Shown here: one piece after another, positions 57,107 through 64,000 of the stretch
How the letters are laid out: each line of letters opens with the position of its first letter
Numbering within the stretch: the first letter of the stretch is position 1
Source: Octopus vulgaris
Taxonomy: Eukaryota
Direction: 5' to 3'
Length of the DNA: 64,000 nt
Assembly (NCBI GenBank): GCA_951406725.2
Contig: OX597837.1
Location: 41,168,001 to 41,232,000, forward strand
Position numbers and translations under genes: made by a program
The notes under the pieces: model-generated
What the model was told of the DNA's origin: nothing
Seen by the model: only the letters and a program-made list of their open reading frames with translations
Database searches by the model: none

Positions 57107-57351
57107 AGGAAAGAAAGCGAGGCGAAGTAGAGAGAAAATGGTGGGGACAAGAGAAGAAGAAAGAGAGGAAAATGGTTAGAAAAATGGCCGACGTTGATGG
57201 AGAAGACATTTTGTAAGTTGATCAAATTGGAAACTAGTTGACGTCAGACAGGCGTAAAAATGTGTTGGTATTAAAGATGGCCCAGCTCTGATCATTTTGC
57301 AACGTTTTCCAATCAACATCGTAAATCAAATGTCGTCCTCGTCGTCGTCGC

Positions 57352-57417
<66 letters not shown>

Positions 57418-57716
57418 GGTGGTAGTAGTAGTAGTAGTAGTGATGGTGGAGGTGGTATTGGAGGTGACGGTGGAGGTGATGGTAGTTGTGATGGTGGTGG
57501 TTGTGGTGGTGGTGGTGGTGGTGGTGGTGGTGGTGGTGGTGGCGGCGGTGGTGGTGGTGGTGGTGGCGGTGGTGGTGGTGGTGGTGGTAGTAAGTTTCTA
57601 CAGTTTCTTCTACTCTTATTTTCCTCTTCCCCTCTTCTTTCCTTTCACAAAAAATGCTAAGAAAACAAGTTGGTTCATCTCAAATTATTTGTAAACTAAA
57701 AATATCTCCTTCTGTA

Positions 57717-57769
<53 letters not shown>

Positions 57770-58066
57770 TACCAAACAAACATGTTTATTGAACTCCTAA
57801 TACTTTTTCTGTGTATGTATTTATATAGATACTAACAAACAAACATGATTTTTATTGAACACTTAATACTTTTTGTTGAATATTTTCTCAGATATTTCCT
57901 TGTAAACTGTTTTTAACATTTTCTTATTAATATCAAAGAATGTATATATGTGTTTTAATACTTTTGTGACAACCAGTACTTAACACTTACAAAGGTTTAC
58001 AATTAGCCAATAAGAAAATCTCTACAAGAGCCGAAAGCAGTAACTCTCCCGAGAAATAATGTTAAC

Positions 58067-58462
58067 CTTTTCTACTCTAGGCGCAAGGCCCGAAATTTTG
58101 GGGGAGGGGGTCAGTCGATTAGATCGACTCCAGTACGCATCTGGTACTTAATTTATCGACCTCGAAAAGATGAAAGGCTAAGTCGACCTCGGCGGAATTT
58201 GAACTCAGAACGTAAAGACAGACAAATACCTATTTCTTTACTACCCACAAGGGGCTAAACACAGAGAGGACAAACAAGGACAGACAAACGGGTTAAGTCG
58301 GTTATATCGATCCCAGTGCGTAACTGGTACTTATTTAATCGACCCCGAAAGGATGAAAGGCAAAGTCGACCTCGGCGGAATTTGAACTCAGAACGTAAAG
58401 ACAGGCGAAATATCGCTAAACATTTCGCCTTGCATGCTAACGATTCTGCCAGCTCGCCGCCT
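58067..58462 (-). mobile_element. SINE family M, dimer with alternative tail
   Basis: Same organisation as 10893-11260. Confidence 0.85.
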
Positions 58463-58964
58463 TATAAGAAGACATCCTCCTGGGGTTAAAATGGCAGAAA
58501 TGTCGGTTACAAGAAATTAACATAGACTGGCGTATGACGTTCTAGTTCAGCTAGCCTCGTTGCGCCGTCTTTAGTTTTAAACTCAACAAATATATTGCCA
58601 TAAGCCCCTCCCCATCAATTGAACCATGTTTCTACATATCGGCTAACCCTACACCCAGCTGATATTCTGAGGGGACAAACAAGTCTCTGTAACTTTACTA
58701 ATACAAAAATATGTCCTATTTTCCTTGCCCTTGCTTGTTCCATCGTTTTGGTCAAAAATATGCGCTGGTCTGCCGTTACGTTCTGAGTTCAAATTCCACC
58801 GAGGTCGACTTTGCTTTTCATCCTTTCGGGGTCGATTAAATAAGTACCAGTTACGCACTGGGGTCGATATAATGTAATGCTTAAAACCAGTTACTCATAC
58901 CGCTAAATCAGGGGGTTTCAACCATAATTTGCCTACAATAAGAAGAAGTTACTGTCTCGAGTCA

Positions 58965-59195
58965 TACCGACTCATAAGGGCCGGTTTCTCGGTTTCCATG
59001 GCGTATAAATTCTCCTCCTGGACAGGACGCCAGTCCCTCGCTGGATTACTCATATTTTCCTGCTGAGTGTACTGAAACAACGTGAAATGAAGTGTTTTGC
59101 TCAAGAACACAAAACGTCAACCGATTCAGGAATCGAAACCACAATCGTACGATCATGAGTCCAACATCCTAACCACTAAGCCATGCGCCTCCACT
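58965..59195 (-). mobile_element. tRNA-derived SINE (head + middle B + tail 2)
   Basis: Head gtggaggcgcatggcttagtggttagg...ggtttcgattcctg; tail ggactggcgtcctgtccagg...ggaaaccgagaaaccggccc. Confidence 0.78.
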
Positions 59196-59281
59196 GTAAT
59201 TTGTCTATGGACCCCTTTGATTCCTGTTTTATTCGACCGGACCCTAATAACTATTCAATGTTTTAAAAAAGTCCACTTATA

Positions 59282-59680
59282 GGCGCAGAAGTGGCTGTGT
59301 GGTAAGTAGCTTGCTAACCAACTACATGGTTCCGGGTTCAGTCCCACTGCGTGGCATCTTGGGCAAGTGTCTTCTGCTATAGCTCCGGGCCGACCAATGC
59401 CTTGTGAGTGGATTTGGTAGACGGAAACTGAAAGAAGCCTGTCGTATATATGTATATGTATATATATGCGTGTATGTTTGTGTGTCTGTGTTTGTCCCCC
59501 TAGCATTGCTTGAGAACCGATGCTGGTGTGCTTACATCCCCGTCACTTAGCGGTTCGGCAAAAGAGACCGATAGAATAAGTACTAGGCTTACAAAGAATA
59601 AGTCCTGGGGTCGATTTGCTCGACTAAAAGCGGTGCTCCAGCATGGCCACAGTCAAATGACTGAAACAAGTAAAAGAGTA
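59282..59680 (+). mobile_element. SINE family V, full-length
   Basis: ggcgcagaagtggctgtgtggtaagtagc...gggttcagtcccactgcgtggc head, internal TA/TG microsatellite, and 3' gactgaaacaagtaaaagagta. Confidence 0.87.
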
Positions 59681-59827
59681 AGAGTTATATTTTTATAAAT
59701 AAATATTCTTAGGAATTGTATAAAAACGTAGTATAAATATAATTGTATAAATATTATTGTAAACATTGTATATAAACATTGTATATAGAAATTGTAAAAT
59801 AATTGTATATTATTGTATAAGTTGTAT

Positions 59828-60216
59828 GTGGAGGCGTAATGGCCCAGTGGTTAGGGCAGCGGACTCGCGGTCATAGGATCGCGGTTTCGATTCCCAGACC
59901 GGGCGTTGTGAGTGTTTATTGAGCGAAAATACCTAAAAGCTCCACGAGGCTCCGGCAGGGGGTGGTGGCGATCCCTGATGTACTCTTTCACCACAACTTT
60001 CTCTCACTCTTACTTCCTGTTTCTGTTGTACCTGTATTTCAAAGGGCCGGCCTTGTCACTCTCTGTGTCACGCTGAATATCCCCGAGAACTACGTTAAGG
60101 GTACACGTGTCTGTGGAGTGCTCAGCCACTTACACGTTAATTTCACGAGCAGGCTGTTCCGTTGATTCGGATCAACCGGAACACTCATCGTCGTAACCGA
60201 CGGAGTGCTTCCATCC
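59828..60216 (+). mobile_element. Full-length tRNA-derived SINE with 11-bp TSD
   Basis: TSD ataagttgtat at 59817-59827 and 60217-60227; inserted in an (aaattgtata)-type minisatellite spanning 59710-60470. Confidence 0.9.
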
Positions 60217-61199
60217 ATAAGTTGTATTTATAAATTGCATATAAAATTGTCAAAAATTGTATATTATTGTTTAAATTGTATTTATAAATTGCATATAAAA
60301 TTGAAAAAGAAAATTGTATATTATTGTATAAATTGTATATATACATAGTATATAAAAATTGTAAAAAATTGTATATTATCGTATAAATTGTATTTATAAA
60401 TTGCGTATAAAATTGTATGTTATTGTATAAACTGTATAAATATTATAAAGAATTGTATATAAAAAATTGTTGAAATATTTTGTGTCTAGTAGAAGTCCAC
60501 TAGAAGTATATCCAATTTATTGCGCATAAATGTTAATAGCAAAATCTTATGCGGACCCTGCCCCACGGGTCCTATAGTTCCTGGCTGAGTTAAAAGGACC
60601 GTGTTTTACCCTTTAACATTCAGATTCCTGAATTTGCCCCACGCATTCTTAGTAGCTTAGAGTAGGTTCGAATTAGAGATTATACTTGGTGGCTAATGGC
60701 GTGAGTCCTGACTGGAAGAAGAAGAAGAAGAAGAAGAAGAAGAAGAAGAAGAAGAAGAAGAAGAAGAAGAAGAAGAAGAAGAAGAAGAAGAAGAAGAAGA
60801 AACAACCGCAATACAAAACCACAAAAGAGAAGGTTAAAAGAACATAAAACCTGGGGTATAATATCATATCGTTTAAAAGGCGGTGAGTACGCAGAATCGT
60901 TGGTAGAGCTTACAAAATGCTTATCGGTATTTCTCCTTGTTTTACATTCTGAACTTTGCGATTTATCTTTCGGGGTCGATGAAATAAGAACCATTCGGGC
61001 AATGGAATCGATCTCTTCGATTAGCCCTCGTCCTACATTAAGACAAGAAAGAGTACTATAGAGTTTAAATGTCATAGAGTTCCAATTTAAGTATACCGAA
61101 GAAAATTTCGTATTTTTCAAATAAGCATATTTCGGAATTTGATATTTTTTTTACTTACATTTACTTGTATTGGAGAAAGTGTCAGTCCACAGGAGAATG

Positions 61200-61830
<631 letters not shown>

Positions 61831-62167
61831 TCTTCGTGCCTATAAATCTACTTCTGTTGTCACCTATTTATCAATTTGTCCCCCTGCCACTTACCAATTC
61901 CACCTTTCCCAAAAAATAATAACCACAAAACAGAAAATGGGTGACAACCATTATTTAATATTCAACCAGTCTCGATCAAAAGGAATAGCTACGCACACAC
62001 ACACACACACACACACACGCTCACACACACACACACACACATACACACACACACGCTCACACACCCAAACACACACGCACACAAACACACATACACACAT
62101 AAATATACACGCATATATATATATATATATATATAAGCATAAGTATATAATACATATAGATATACAT

Positions 62168-62211
<44 letters not shown>

Positions 62212-62227
62212 GTATATGTATATATGC

Positions 62228-62275
<48 letters not shown>

Positions 62276-62358
62276 CTATAAATATGCATAATATATACCT
62301 ACAGTATCCACTCACACACAAACGCACAAAATATGCTATATAGAGTGTGAAGTTGCTT

Positions 62359-62452
<94 letters not shown>

Positions 62453-63005
62453 TGTATGTACGTATGTATATAATCTAAGGCACAAAACATGCTCTTTGGT
62501 CGATTCTCATAGAATGCTGGAATACAGAACAGAGAAAAATAATACCATATCTTGAGGAACGCGGACAAAGATATCCATTAACTTTTGCTCTTCACTGCTA
62601 AAAGACAAGTTTTTAATGATCGGTTCGAAATTACAGCGGATTGCCGCAGTTCCACTTTTTGGCTCGTATGCCAAACAGCTTCTCTTAACAGGCGATTCTT
62701 TTGCTGGAACTGCCATAAATATTGACTGCTTTCATATGGTAATTTTCGCCAAAATAAATTCTTTCTAGCGATGACATTATTTTTGCCGGCAACTAACTTT
62801 CGCTCTGTTATTATAAACAGGTGCATTGCGGGCGGCGGGAGGGGGGGGGTAAAAAAAAAAAAAGGGGCGGAGTTCTTGTGAGGTTTTGGTGAAAGCACGA
62901 ACCTTGTATTACGGTAAAGCTTTACCACCGCTGTTGTTCGCTTTGAATAGAAGATCAGAATGTATCCTCCTCACGTATGTGTAAATGCCTGTATATATAT
63001 GTATA

Positions 63006-63058
<53 letters not shown>

Positions 63059-63141
63059 GTACATATATATAATTATATTTATATTTATATTTATGTATAT
63101 ACATATATATATACATATGTATACATATATGTATGTATATA

Positions 63142-63179
<38 letters not shown>

Positions 63180-63275
63180 CATATAGGCATATGCATATAA
63201 TATCATCTCTCATGATGTAGTTATGTTTATAGAAACATACTCATACGTTTTTGTATAATTTACGTGTGTGTGCGA

Positions 63276-63343
<68 letters not shown>

Positions 63344-63431
63344 GTGTAAGCATTTTTATGCCACATACCTATAATAATATGTGTATACTTCTATGTATGT
63401 ACGCATATATAATTACACACACACACACACA

Positions 63432-63482
<51 letters not shown>

Positions 63483-63689
63483 TTACATACATATGAACGC
63501 ACATTTACATACGTACATATATATGTAAATATATATAAACATACATACCTGCATAAAAACATGTGTGTTTATAAATGTGTGCGTGTGTGCGTGTGTCTGT
63601 GTCTGTGTTTGTGTGAGAAAGAGTGAGAGAGTATGTCCGTGCGCGCGTGTGTATGTATTATACGCATATACAGTCATATATACATACAT

Positions 63690-63960
63690 GTGGAGTCGCA
63701 ATGGCCTAGTGGTTAAGGAAGCGGACTCGCGGTTTCGATTCCCAGACCGGGCGTTGTGTGTGTTTATTGACCGAAAACACCTAAAGCTCCACGAGGCTCC
63801 GGCAGGGGGTGGTGGCAACCCCTGTTGTGCTCTTTCATCCCAACTTTCTCTCACTCTTTCTTCCTGACTCTTGGAAGAAAGAGCTTGGGGGAACACATGC
63901 TCCACAGAAACCGGGAAACCGGGCCCATGCGCCTGGCTAGGCTTGAAAATGAGGCATAAA
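63690..63960 (+). mobile_element. tRNA-derived SINE (head + middle A + partial tail 2)
   Basis: gtggagtcgcaatggcctagtggttaagg head and gaaaccgggaaaccgggcccatg tail. Confidence 0.75.
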
Positions 63961-64000
63961 TAAATAAAACACCAGCTTATAGATGACAGACAAACCGACA

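Noticed and set aside
59828-59905. tRNA-like sequence with A and B boxes
   Set aside because: It is the head of a SINE, continuous with the body and bounded by a TSD; not a standalone tRNA.

Overview
AT-rich, microsatellite-saturated animal genomic DNA. The extreme (TA)n/(TATG)n/(CA)n/(GATA)n load and the tRNA-derived SINE families suggest an octopus or other coleoid cephalopod; this is an inference from repeat landscape, not proven. Only one convincing protein-coding gene is present: an intronless forkhead transcription factor of the FoxB class (21226-22251, +), sitting in a gene-desert-like setting. Almost all other ORFs in the track are microsatellite artefacts. The rest of the window is several modular SINE families, truncated non-LTR retrotransposons (R4/Dong-like, Hero-like, RTE-like), a Helitron 3' end, minisatellites and a few unique islands that may be regulatory. 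The most unusual signal is a set of short non-coding inserts, many inside (TA)n tracts and with fold-back (inverted) ends, that carry type I hammerhead-ribozyme motifs. These include a ~550-bp palindrome with a hammerhead in each arm (45980-46531) and a family with a greatly extended stem II. They look like Penelope-like pseudo-LTR relics. Repeat boundaries were read by eye and are approximate.
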